From: Halorhodospira halophila SL1
Lineage (GTDB): Bacteria > Pseudomonadota > Gammaproteobacteria > Nitrococcales > Halorhodospiraceae
DNA length: 32,000 bases
NCBI RefSeq assembly: GCF_000015585.1
Contig: NC_008789.1
Location: 420,001 to 452,000, forward strand
Direction of reading: 5' to 3'
Shown here: positions 8,444 through 17,041 of the stretch, in pieces
Position numbering within the stretch: position 1 is the first letter of the stretch
How the letters are laid out: each line of letters starts with the position of its first letter
Position numbers and translations under genes: made by a program
The notes under the pieces: generated by a model
What the model was told of the DNA's origin: nothing
Seen by the model: the letters and a program-made list of their open reading frames with translations, nothing else
Databases searched by the model: none

Positions 8444-11400
8444 GTGTCCGAGAGCGCGCCCCACTCTGATCGCCGGGCCGACGAATGGCGCATCCTGTTC
8501 GACCACCTCCCGGACGCCACCCTGCTCATCGCGCCGGACACCGGTCGAGTGCTGGAAGGCAACCCGGCCGCCGCCGCGCACCTCGGCTATACTCCGGAGG
8601 CTCTGCGCGGGCTGACCATCGCCGATTTCGAGGCCGCCGAAACCCCGGCAGAGATCGCCGCACATATCGAGAAGATCCAGCGCGCCGGGCGCGACGACTT
8701 CGAGAGCCAGCACCGGCGCCGCGATGGCACCCTGGTCGATGTCCAGATCACGGTGTCACAGGTCGAATTCGCGGGACACCCCCGCCTGCTCGCCGTCTTC
8801 CGGGATATCACCGAGCGCAAGGAAACCATCCGAGCCCTGCGGACCAGCGAGCAACGTTTCCTGGATGTGGTCGACGCGGCCGGGGAGTACATCTGGGAGA
8901 TCGATCGCGACGGCACCTACCAGCTGGTGACCGCGCAGATCGAGCCCCTGCTGGGCCGCTCCACGGCGGAGATCATCGGTCGCTCCCCGGTCGATTTCAT
9001 GCCGAGCGCCGAGGCCGAACGGATCCAGACGATGCTCTCGGAACGAGCCCAGACCGGTGCGGCCTGGCAGGGGCTGGAGCATGAATCCGTGCGCCCCGAC
9101 GGCACCCGAGTCTGGCAGCGCGTCAGCGGGCTACCGATCTTCAATGAGGCCGGCGAACTCATCGGTTTCCGGGGCACCGGTCGGGATATCACCGCCGAGC
9201 GGCAGGCCCAGCAGAACGAAAAGCGCCTCAATGAGCGGCTTCGCCTGGCCACCACCGCGGCCCGCATCGGCGTCTGGGAACTCGACCGGGCGACGGACCG
9301 ACTCGAGTGGGATGCCGGATCGGCGCGGATCTTCGGGACGGACCCGGCTGCGTTCAACCACCGTCTTGCCAACCTCCAGGCGACCCTGTGGGACGAGAAC
9401 CGGACAATCGCCGAGGGGCTGATCGAGCGCAGTCTCCACAGCGCGGAACCGTGCGAGGCCGAGTTCCGAATCCGTCGCAAAAGCGACGGTGCGATTCGCC
9501 ACATCCGGTCTGTCAGCCTCTCCATCCCCGATGAACACGGCCAGGTTCAGCGCCTGGTAGGGATCAACGAGGACATCACCGACCGGGTCCAGGCCCGCGA
9601 GCAACTGGCCGCGCAGGAGGCGCGATTCCGCGGCCTCTTCGAACTCGCCCCAGTGGGGCTGGCCATGACCGACTTCGAGACCGGCGCCTTCCTGGACTTC
9701 AACGACCAGGTCTCGGAGGCTGCCGGCTATACCCGGGAGGCCTTCGCACAGCTCACCTATTGGGACGTTACCCCGCGCGAATACGAGCCGAAGGAACGCG
9801 AACACCTGGAAGCGATGGCGCGCACCGGGTACTACGGGCCGTACGAGAAGGAGTTCATCCACCGAGACGGGCACCGGTTCCCGGTCCTGCTCAATGGGTT
9901 CCGGATGACAGACCCGCAGACCGGACGAGTGGTGGTCTGGTCGGTCATCCAGGACATCTCCGAGCGCAAAGCCGTGGAGCAGGCCCTGCACCAGGCCAAG
10001 GAGGCTGCCGAGGCCAACAACCGCGCCAAGAGCGACTTCCTGGCCAACATGAGCCACGAGATCCGTACCCCGATGAACGCGGTCATCGGCCTGGGCCAAC
10101 TCCTGATCGAGACGGACCTCGATCCCGTTCAGCGCAATTACGCCGAGAAGATGCACAACGCATCGCGGATGCTGCTGGGGATCATCAACGACATCCTCGA
10201 CTACTCCAAGATCGAGGCCGACAGGCTGACCCTCGACCCCCACCCGTTCGACCTCCACGAGCTGATGGATCAGATGGCTACCCTGTTCGGGGACCAGGCC
10301 GGCGAAAAGGGCCTGGAGCTGTTCCTGCGCGTCGAACCGACCATCCCCTCAAGCCTCGAGGGCGATGCCCTGCGCCTGAGCCAGGTGCTGAGTAATCTGC
10401 TCTCCAACGCCATCAAGTTCACCAAGCACGGCCAGGTTGGACTCAGCATCACGCAGCTCGGTCAGGATCCTGAAGGGGTGCGGTTGCACTTCCAGGTGGA
10501 GGATACCGGGATCGGTATCACCCCCGAGCAACAGCGCAATCTCTTCCAGGCGTTCTCCCAGGCGGACACCTCGACCACCCGCAACTACGGAGGCACGGGC
10601 CTCGGGCTGGTCATCAGTCAGCGGCTGGTGGCGCACATGGGCGGCGAGCTTCGGCTAGAATCCACCCCCGGCGAAGGCACACGCTTTGCGTTCGAGCTCC
10701 ACCTGCCCATCGCCGGGACGGGCCCGTGGACACTGGATGCGCCGAGCCTGCCCGGTGGCCACGTCCTGGTGGTCGACGACCACGATGTCGCGCGCCAGAT
10801 CCTCCGCGAGTATCTTGAGGCCTGGGGGTACACCGTCACCGAGGCGGACAGCGGCCCGGCGGGGATCGAGGCGGCGCTGGCCGCCGAGCGCAGCCGCCAG
10901 CCCTTCGACCTGATGCTGATCGACGGCCACCTGCCCGGCGAAGCGGATGGCTGGGGCACGGCCCGGCGCCTGCGCACCCTGCATGAGCGCGGCGACCTAC
11001 CCACCACCAGGGGGCCGATGATCCTGGTCAGCGCCTATCAGCTGGACGACCGGTCCGTAGGCGATCCCTTCGACGGTTGCTTGCCCAAACCGGTGACAGC
11101 CTCGACGCTCTTCGATGTCGTCCAGAACACCTTCGTCGGCGCACCTGCCGCGACACCGGTCACCACGAGCGGGGCCATTCCGAATCTCTCGGATCGATCC
11201 CTGCTGCTGGTGGAGGACAACGCCATCAACCAGGAGGTGGCCCAGCGCCTGCTAGAGCAGACCGGGGCGCGGATCACCCTGGCCAGCAATGGCGCCGAGG
11301 CCGTGGCGTGGACGCGGGAGGCCACCTTCGATCTGATCCTGATGGATCTGCAGATGCCGGTGATGGACGGCTACGAGGCCACCCGGGAGATCCGCCGCGA

Positions 11401-12244
11401 GCACCCGAACCTGCCCATCCTGGCCCTGACGGCTGCGGTGCTGGATAACGACCGCGCCGGGGCCCGGGACGCGGGCCTGGACGACCACATCGGCAAGCCC
11501 ATCGACAGCCGGCTGCTGTACCAACGGCTGGTCCACTGGCTCGGCGCCGAGGGCACGGCATCGCCCTCCGTGAACGGCCCGACCCCGCCCGGCGCGGATG
11601 GCGAGGACGCCGCGCTGCCCGAGCAGCTTTCGGGGATCGACCAGACAACCGGCCTGCGCCACCTGGAGGGGGATCGCGCCTTCTATCGGCGCCTGCTCCA
11701 GCGCTTTGCCAGCCAACTCGAGGGTGAGCTCGGCCAGCTGCCCGCCGCCCTGGATCGGGGGGACCCGGAGACCGCCCGCCGGGTGGCGCACACCCTGAAG
11801 GGCACGGCCGCCACCGTAGGGGCCACCCGGCTCGCCGAGGCTGCGGCCGGCGTTGACCGCTGCCTCAAGGCCGGAGAGAGCGTTTCCGATGAGCTGCACC
11901 GGGAGCTGCGTGCGGCCCTGGACGAAGTCTCCGCGGGCCTTGAGGTGCTGGCCGATGCGGCCACCACCTCGGCGCCGCAACCGCCGTTGGATGCGACGGC
12001 GGCCCGTGAGGCGCTAAACCGCCTGTACACGGCCCTGCGAGCGAACGAACTCGTCGACGAGGCCCTGGTCGATGCCGCGCTCCACCACCTCCGTGCGCTC
12101 AGCGACGAGGCGACCGTGCGCCGAGTCCGGCAGCAGATCGACCAGTTCGACTACGACGCCGCCACCGAGGTGCTGGCTCCCCACGCCGCCCTCACACCGG
12201 ACAGCGCAGCGTCTGGGGAGTCTCCCCCCGCACGCGACCGATGA
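8444..12244 (+). CDS. Hybrid sensor histidine kinase: multiple PAS/PAC, HisKA, HATPase_c, two receiver domains, C-terminal Hpt
   Basis: 1266-aa ORF with a GTG start preceded by GGGAGGG 7 nt upstream. H-box FLANMSHEIRTPMNAVIG. N-box LSNLLSNAIKFT. G-boxes DTGIGI and GGTGLGLVISQRL. REC1 is VLVVDDHD...DLMLIDGHLPG. REC2 is LLLVEDNAINQ...DLILMDLQMPVMDG...GKPI. Hpt motif AHTLKGTAATVGA. Confidence 0.92.
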   Translation: MSESAPHSDRRADEWRILFDHLPDATLLIAPDTGRVLEGNPAAAAHLGYTPEALRGLTIADFEAAETPAEIAAHIEKIQRAGRDDFESQHRRRDGTLVDVQITVSQVEFAGHPRLLAVFRDITERKETIRALRTSEQRFLDVVDAAGEYIWEIDRDGTYQLVTAQIEPLLGRSTAEIIGRSPVDFMPSAEAERIQTMLSERAQTGAAWQGLEHESVRPDGTRVWQRVSGLPIFNEAGELIGFRGTGRDITAERQAQQNEKRLNERLRLATTAARIGVWELDRATDRLEWDAGSARIFGTDPAAFNHRLANLQATLWDENRTIAEGLIERSLHSAEPCEAEFRIRRKSDGAIRHIRSVSLSIPDEHGQVQRLVGINEDITDRVQAREQLAAQEARFRGLFELAPVGLAMTDFETGAFLDFNDQVSEAAGYTREAFAQLTYWDVTPREYEPKEREHLEAMARTGYYGPYEKEFIHRDGHRFPVLLNGFRMTDPQTGRVVVWSVIQDISERKAVEQALHQAKEAAEANNRAKSDFLANMSHEIRTPMNAVIGLGQLLIETDLDPVQRNYAEKMHNASRMLLGIINDILDYSKIEADRLTLDPHPFDLHELMDQMATLFGDQAGEKGLELFLRVEPTIPSSLEGDALRLSQVLSNLLSNAIKFTKHGQVGLSITQLGQDPEGVRLHFQVEDTGIGITPEQQRNLFQAFSQADTSTTRNYGGTGLGLVISQRLVAHMGGELRLESTPGEGTRFAFELHLPIAGTGPWTLDAPSLPGGHVLVVDDHDVARQILREYLEAWGYTVTEADSGPAGIEAALAAERSRQPFDLMLIDGHLPGEADGWGTARRLRTLHERGDLPTTRGPMILVSAYQLDDRSVGDPFDGCLPKPVTASTLFDVVQNTFVGAPAATPVTTSGAIPNLSDRSLLLVEDNAINQEVAQRLLEQTGARITLASNGAEAVAWTREATFDLILMDLQMPVMDGYEATREIRREHPNLPILALTAAVLDNDRAGARDAGLDDHIGKPIDSRLLYQRLVHWLGAEGTASPSVNGPTPPGADGEDAALPEQLSGIDQTTGLRHLEGDRAFYRRLLQRFASQLEGELGQLPAALDRGDPETARRVAHTLKGTAATVGATRLAEAAAGVDRCLKAGESVSDELHRELRAALDEVSAGLEVLADAATTSAPQPPLDATAAREALNRLYTALRANELVDEALVDAALHHLRALSDEATVRRVRQQIDQFDYDAATEVLAPHAALTPDSAASGESPPARDR

Positions 12245-13808
12245 GCTGCTGCAGGGCGGCCAGCCCGACCCGCTGCTTGAGCACCTGATCGGCGCCGGCC
12301 TGCAGGCAGTCGCGCTGCACCTCGGCCAGGGGGTAGGCAGTCATGACCGCGATCGGCGTTCGCGGTGCATCGACCCCTCGCTCGGCCTCACGCACCCGCT
12401 GAACCACCGTGCGCCCATCCAGATCGCCCAGCTCCAGTTCAAGGAGCATCAGCGACGGCGCCTGGCGCTGCCACTCCGCGAGGGCATCGGCGCCGTTGTC
12501 CACCAGGCGCGGGGCACAATGAATGCGCAGCAGTAGCTCGTAGAGTAACCGCCCCTGATCCGGATCGTTGGCCACGACGAGCACATCCAGCCCCGCGGAC
12601 CGGCGGTGCGCCGGCCTCGCTTCGGGGGGCACCGTATCGGTCTCGCAACACCCCGAGCCCTCGCCTTCAGCAACCTCTGGGTATTCGGCGGAGAAGGTGA
12701 AGGTCGCCCCGGCCCCGGGCTCGCTCTCCACCCGGATCTCACCCCCGAGCAGCCAGACCACCTGACGGCAAATGTAGAGCCCGAACCCGCTGCCCCCGCG
12801 TCCGTTCCCGGCGGAGCGCTCGCGGCGAAACGCCTCGAAGATGAGATCCTGATCTTCCGGCCGGATCCCGGGCCCGGTATCGGCCACCGCCACCTCAATG
12901 CGTGTCGCATCCAAGCGACGCACCCGCACGCACACCCACCCCTGATCGGTGTACTGGATGGCGTTGCGGGTGAGGTTGTGGACCACCTGCAACAGCCGGG
13001 TCTCGTCACCGCAGACCCGAGCCGGCAGATCGCGCCCCCACTCCAGGGACAGGATCAGTCCTTTGCGCTCGGCGAGCTCGCGCAGCAGGGCGATCTGCTC
13101 CGAGAGGCAACGGCGGAGATCGAAGGGTTCGGCCTGCACCTCGGCGCGGCTGCTGTCTGCCCACGCCTGATCGAGAATGGCGTCGATCTGCGCAAGCAGG
13201 GTGTCGCTGGCTATCCGGGCCAGAGCGAGGCAGTGGCGCTGCTCGGCATCCAGGGCCGCAGAATCCAGCCGCTCGTGGCACCGCCGCAACGCGCTCAGGG
13301 GGTTGCGCAACTCCCGGCCGATGGCGCTCAGGGCCCGACAGTGCTCCAGCTCGGACTGTACCCGGGCCCGGTCGGCCTGACAACGCTCGGTGATGTCCTC
13401 GTTGATGCCGAAGAGTCGACTCGGCTCGCCGCGCTCATCGTAGAGCTGCTGGCCCACCGAGCGAATGTCCCGGATCGTGCCATCGCCGCGACGGATGCGG
13501 AACGTGACCTCCCAGGGATGGCCCTGCTCCACCCCCGTCCAGATCCGCTGCAGGGCCCTGCAGCGGTCCTCGGGCAACAGACGCCGCTCCCACTCCGAAT
13601 ACCCCAGGGGACCATCCACCGGGGCGACCCCGTAGAGGTCGTACATGCGCGGATTCCAGTAGAATTCGCCATTGCGCATATCCAGCTCCCAGACACCGAT
13701 CCCGGCGGCGTCCGTGGCGATGCGAAAGCGTTGCTCGTTCTCGTGGATCACTCGGTGATAGGGGGTGGACATGCTCAACAGCCGCAGCCTCGATGTTTCG
13801 TTCTCCAA
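12192..13808 (-). CDS. PAS + HisKA-like + HATPase_c + receiver-like hybrid protein with substituted phospho-acceptor residues (pseudo-histidine kinase)
   Basis: 538-aa ORF. PAS region: IATDAAGIGVWELDMRNGEFYWNPRMYDLYG. The H-box position reads AIGRELRNPLSAL, with Arg where His is expected (checked on DNA: cgg). ATP-binding boxes are intact: VVHNLTRNAIQYT, ADTGPGI, GGSGFGLYICRQV. The receiver-like C-terminus reads LMLLELELGDLDG, with Glu at the acceptor Asp position, followed by VMTA and VLKQ. The listed start is TTG at 13808. The ATG at 13772 (MSTPYHRV) is an alternative. Confidence 0.85.
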   Translation of the reverse strand: MENETSRLRLLSMSTPYHRVIHENEQRFRIATDAAGIGVWELDMRNGEFYWNPRMYDLYGVAPVDGPLGYSEWERRLLPEDRCRALQRIWTGVEQGHPWEVTFRIRRGDGTIRDIRSVGQQLYDERGEPSRLFGINEDITERCQADRARVQSELEHCRALSAIGRELRNPLSALRRCHERLDSAALDAEQRHCLALARIASDTLLAQIDAILDQAWADSSRAEVQAEPFDLRRCLSEQIALLRELAERKGLILSLEWGRDLPARVCGDETRLLQVVHNLTRNAIQYTDQGWVCVRVRRLDATRIEVAVADTGPGIRPEDQDLIFEAFRRERSAGNGRGGSGFGLYICRQVVWLLGGEIRVESEPGAGATFTFSAEYPEVAEGEGSGCCETDTVPPEARPAHRRSAGLDVLVVANDPDQGRLLYELLLRIHCAPRLVDNGADALAEWQRQAPSLMLLELELGDLDGRTVVQRVREAERGVDAPRTPIAVMTAYPLAEVQRDCLQAGADQVLKQRVGLAALQQLIGRVRGETPQTLRCPV

Positions 13809-13850
13809 TTCTCTTTAGACTAACTGATCTTTCCGGATTCGGCGCGACCA

Positions 13851-13871
13851 CAGGGGGCGCCAGGCCCCCTG
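13851..13871 (-). terminator. Short GC hairpin (CAGGGGGC-GCCAG-GCCCCCTG) downstream of the BON gene
   Basis: Perfect 8-bp stem with a 5-nt loop, read directly. Lies 25 nt after the BON gene stop (13896) on the minus strand. No clear U-tract follows, so terminator function is tentative. Confidence 0.3.
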
Positions 13872-13895
13872 CGGGAGGGGGCCACCACGACGCCA

Positions 13896-14219
13896 CTACG
13901 CTGCAAGCCGCAGGCAGTTCCTCACCGAGGTGACGCCCGGTAATCCCGCCACGCGGACGACCATCTGGTTCATTTGCTCCGCGGTGTTCGCAAGACCGCT
14001 TAGTTGCACGACACCAGCGAACGCCTCGATGTGGACCTGCACGCCGCGCAACCCGGGTTCCTCCTGCAGGGCCAGCCGCACCTGCTCGGCCACGGCGAGG
14101 TGATCGAACGCGAAGCTGTCGCCTTCCTCCCTCCGATTGGCGCATGGGGCGCCAGGGATCAACGGAGCGTCCGCGCTGGATTCCCGAACCGGGCTGGCTG
14201 TCGTGTAGATGCTTTTCAT
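13896..14219 (-). CDS. BON domain-containing protein
   Basis: ORF 13896..14402(-). The C-terminal 70 aa (VAEQVRLALQEEPGLRGVQVHIEAFAGVVQLSGLANTAEQMNQMVVRVAGLPGVTSVRNCLRL) fit the BON pattern. Start set to the ATG at 14219 (MKSIYTTASP...). The upstream extension is Arg/Pro-rich junk. Confidence 0.7.
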   Translation of the reverse strand: MKSIYTTASPVRESSADAPLIPGAPCANRREEGDSFAFDHLAVAEQVRLALQEEPGLRGVQVHIEAFAGVVQLSGLANTAEQMNQMVVRVAGLPGVTSVRNCLRLAA

Positions 14220-14505
14220 GATCGACCTCGCGCAGTGTCCTGTGGGAACTTGCCCTCTGTCCCGCGCTACGCGGGCATGCACCCGGTCAGTCCGCCGGGT
14301 GCGCAGCAGCGACGGGCGAGACAGCGTCAGGCCGGAACGCGGCCGGCGTCGGTTCGTTACCGCACACACCGCGATGCCGCCGGGGAACAGCGACCGCGCC
14401 ACGCCCGTCTTTTCGCCCCCGCCCTGCGGGCAGACGCGCTACCATGGCGATACATCACCGTCACGCGGGCAGCGCGCACCCGGACTGCCTGCCCCCGGAG
14501 GCACC

Positions 14506-15102
14506 ATGAAGTACGACGCCGCTGCACAACCGAGCGCCGAGACGCGCTTGCGCCACGAGGCCGAGCAACGCCTGGTCGACGGCAACGCCCCCAGCGCTGG
14601 AGGCTGGACCATCAGCGCCGAGACCCTTTCGCTGCTCTACCGCTTGGCCAGCCAGCCCGAGCGAGCTGCCGATGCGCTGAAACTGCTGCACGAACTGCAA
14701 ACGCACCAAGTGGAACTCGACTTGCAGCAGGAGTACAGCGAGGCGAACGAACAGGCACTCACCGAGGAGTTGCACCACTACCGCACACTGTTCGAACACG
14801 CCCCGGTGGGCTATTTCGTGCTGGATCTCGAGGGGCGTCTTCTCGATACCAATCGGCTCGGCGCGGAATGGCTCAACCTCGAGGCGAGCGCCGCAGCCGG
14901 TCAACCACTGAGCTGGTTCCTGGATCCGGGCTGCCGCCAGGCGTTCACTGCACTCCTGGAGACCCTGCGCCAAGGGGGATCGGGCGCAACCTGCCATGTC
15001 TGTACCCCCAATGGCGCAGACGCACCGCAGCGCTGGCGGATCGACGCCGCTCTCGGGCCAGGAGTGGACAACATCCTCGTGGTCGCATCCGCGACCGAGT
15101 GA
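14506..15102 (+). CDS. Coiled-coil + PAS domain protein
   Basis: In-frame part of ORF 14209..15102(+). The ATG at 14506 is preceded by GGAGG with 5-nt spacing. The sequence LHELQTHQVELDLQQEYSEANEQALTEELHHYRTLFEHAPVGYFVLDLEGRLLDTNRLGAEWL is coiled coil followed by a PAS core. Confidence 0.7.
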   Translation: MKYDAAAQPSAETRLRHEAEQRLVDGNAPSAGGWTISAETLSLLYRLASQPERAADALKLLHELQTHQVELDLQQEYSEANEQALTEELHHYRTLFEHAPVGYFVLDLEGRLLDTNRLGAEWLNLEASAAAGQPLSWFLDPGCRQAFTALLETLRQGGSGATCHVCTPNGADAPQRWRIDAALGPGVDNILVVASATE

Positions 15103-15121
15103 TCGGGCGGGGCCGGCCGGC

Positions 15122-17041
15122 GTGAACACGGCGGGCGTGGATGCGCCTTCGGCGTCCTTGAAGCGAGTCCTGACGTTGCTTCGGCAACGGACGGGGCACG
15201 ACTTCTCGTTGTATAAGCTCAACACCCTCCACCGCCGCATCGAGCGCCGCATGGTCGTCCACGGTGTCGATTCGCCGACGCGCTACGCCGCATTGCTGGA
15301 GGCGCATCCGCAGGAGCTCGACTTCCTATTCCGGGAGCTGCTGATCGGGATGACCAGCTTTTTCCGCGATCCCGAGGTGTGGCAACGCCTGGTTGCAACC
15401 GTTCTTTCCGATCTGCTGGCACGACAACCGGCGGAGCAGACACTTCGGGCCTGGATCATTGGCTGCTCCACGGGCGAAGAGGCGTATTCCCTGGCCATGG
15501 CACTTTCGGAAGCCATGGATCAGGCCGAACCGCTGCAGATCCCGTCGGTCCAGATCTTCGCCACCGATCTGAGCGCAGAGGCCATCGATACGGCACGGCG
15601 CGGCGCGTATCCACCATCGATCTGCGGCAGTGTATCCGCAGCCCGCCTGCGGCGATTTTTCACTGCCCACGAGCACAGCTACCGGATTCACCCCAGCATC
15701 CGGAGCATGGTGCTATTTGCCCAGCACGATGTGGTGCTCGACCCGCCGTTCACCCAGCTCGATCTGATCCTCTGCCGCAATCTGCTCATCTACTTCCAGC
15801 CCACGCTGCAGCGCCGCCTGCTGCCGCTCCTGCACTATAGCCTGAAACCGGATGGTGTACTGGTGCTGGGCCTTTCAGAAACCATCGGCCGGCTCCATCG
15901 ACTATTTGCGCCGATCGACGCACGCCTGCGACTCTACCGGCGCCAGCCGAGCAGCCCGGGTGGCGGACGGGGTTTCCTGTTGAACGCGTTCCCACCATTA
16001 TCCTGCCCCGCGGAGGAGGCCCCGTTGTCGCCCCCCAACCAACCGCCCCCTGCCGCCGAGAGCCTGTCGACCGCCGTCGACCAAGTGCTGCTGCAGTCCT
16101 ACGCCCCCGCCGCGGTGCTACTCAACGATGACGCCGACGTGGTCTACATCAGCGGACGGATCGGCCGCTACCTGGAGCCGGCTGCCGGGAAGGCCAACTG
16201 GAATGTCTACGCCATGGCGCCGGACGGTCTGCGTGAACCACTTTACAGCGCACTGCAACAGGCCGCGGACCAGCACCGCCCCGTCCAGCGCCACGGCCTG
16301 TGCGCGGCCCCGTCCACCGGCACGCAGCTTGTGGACATCACGGTGCAGGCGTTCCGCGAGCCCGGTCCCCTGCAAGGGAAGACCCTCGTCGTATTCCGCG
16401 ACGCTGTTGCTCCGGTGCAGCCCCTCGGCGGCGCCAACGCCCGCCCCGGGGATGATGAGGCCACGCACGCCATCGAGTTGCAGCAGTATCGAGACCAGAT
16501 CGAGCGGCTGCGCGCGCAGGACCGGGCGTCCCGCGAGGAGTTGGAGCACACCAATGAAGCGCTGCAGTCCACCAATGAGGAGCTGCAATCCGCCAACGAG
16601 GAGCTGACCACCACCAAGGAAGAGACGCAGTCGATGAACGAGGAACTGCACGCCATCAACAACGAGCTGCAGGGCAAACTCAACGACCTCGCCCGGGCCC
16701 AGAGCGATATGCAGAACCTGCTCAACAGCATCGATATCGCCGCGCTGTTCCTGGACCAGGACCTGAACGTGCGCCGCTACACCGAGCGCGCCACGCAGCT
16801 GTTCAACCTCCGCGAGAACGACCTCGGCCGCCCGCTGAGCGAGCTAACGACCCGCCTTCGGTACCCCGAACTCCAGGAGGACGCGCTAGGCACCCTGGGC
16901 ACCCTGACCATCTCGGAACGCCAGGTGCTGACCACCTGCGATCAGCGCTGTTTCACCGTACGGATCATGCCCTACCGCCGCCTGGACAACGTCATCGACG
17001 GGGTCGTGATCACCATCGTCGATACCACCGGCTCGGGCTGA
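15122..17041 (+). CDS. CheR-type protein-glutamate O-methyltransferase fused to PAS-like, heptad coiled-coil and C-terminal PAS modules
   Basis: ORF 14996..17041(+). CheR N-domain: LKRVLTLLRQRTGHDFSLYKLNTLHRRIERRM. SAM site: AWIIGCSTGEEAYSLAMAL and LILCRNLLIYF. Seven consecutive heptads follow: TNEALQS TNEELQS ANEELTT TKEETQS MNEELHA INNELQG KLNDLAR. Start is uncertain. GTG at 15122 was chosen because it avoids overlap with the upstream PAS gene. GTG at 15137 is also in frame. Confidence 0.85.
   Translation: MNTAGVDAPSASLKRVLTLLRQRTGHDFSLYKLNTLHRRIERRMVVHGVDSPTRYAALLEAHPQELDFLFRELLIGMTSFFRDPEVWQRLVATVLSDLLARQPAEQTLRAWIIGCSTGEEAYSLAMALSEAMDQAEPLQIPSVQIFATDLSAEAIDTARRGAYPPSICGSVSAARLRRFFTAHEHSYRIHPSIRSMVLFAQHDVVLDPPFTQLDLILCRNLLIYFQPTLQRRLLPLLHYSLKPDGVLVLGLSETIGRLHRLFAPIDARLRLYRRQPSSPGGGRGFLLNAFPPLSCPAEEAPLSPPNQPPPAAESLSTAVDQVLLQSYAPAAVLLNDDADVVYISGRIGRYLEPAAGKANWNVYAMAPDGLREPLYSALQQAADQHRPVQRHGLCAAPSTGTQLVDITVQAFREPGPLQGKTLVVFRDAVAPVQPLGGANARPGDDEATHAIELQQYRDQIERLRAQDRASREELEHTNEALQSTNEELQSANEELTTTKEETQSMNEELHAINNELQGKLNDLARAQSDMQNLLNSIDIAALFLDQDLNVRRYTERATQLFNLRENDLGRPLSELTTRLRYPELQEDALGTLGTLTISERQVLTTCDQRCFTVRIMPYRRLDNVIDGVVITIVDTTGSG

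Noticed and set aside
9131-10258. 375-aa minus ORF, plus other ORFs nested inside the 1266-aa hybrid kinase gene (for example 8917..9525 and 11252..11980)
   Set aside because: They are antisense or out of frame relative to a gene with a continuous domain architecture. No motifs were found.
14996-15121. ATG-initiated 5' extension of the CheR ORF overlapping the PAS gene by 107 bp. I also considered that the PAS and CheR ORFs are one frameshifted gene.
   Set aside because: The extension (MSVPPMAQTHRSAGGSTPLSGQEW...) has no domain content. The CheR N-domain begins just after 15122. The PAS ORF has its own strong SD and a clean stop. A frameshift cannot be excluded without resequencing, but it is not needed to explain the data.
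12606-15125. + strand ORFs at 12606..13823 (405 aa) and 14004..15125 (373 aa), and the minus ORF at 13435..14145
   Set aside because: They are shadows of the pseudo-kinase, BON and PAS genes. Their composition is Arg/Pro/Gly-rich and they cross true intergenic regions.
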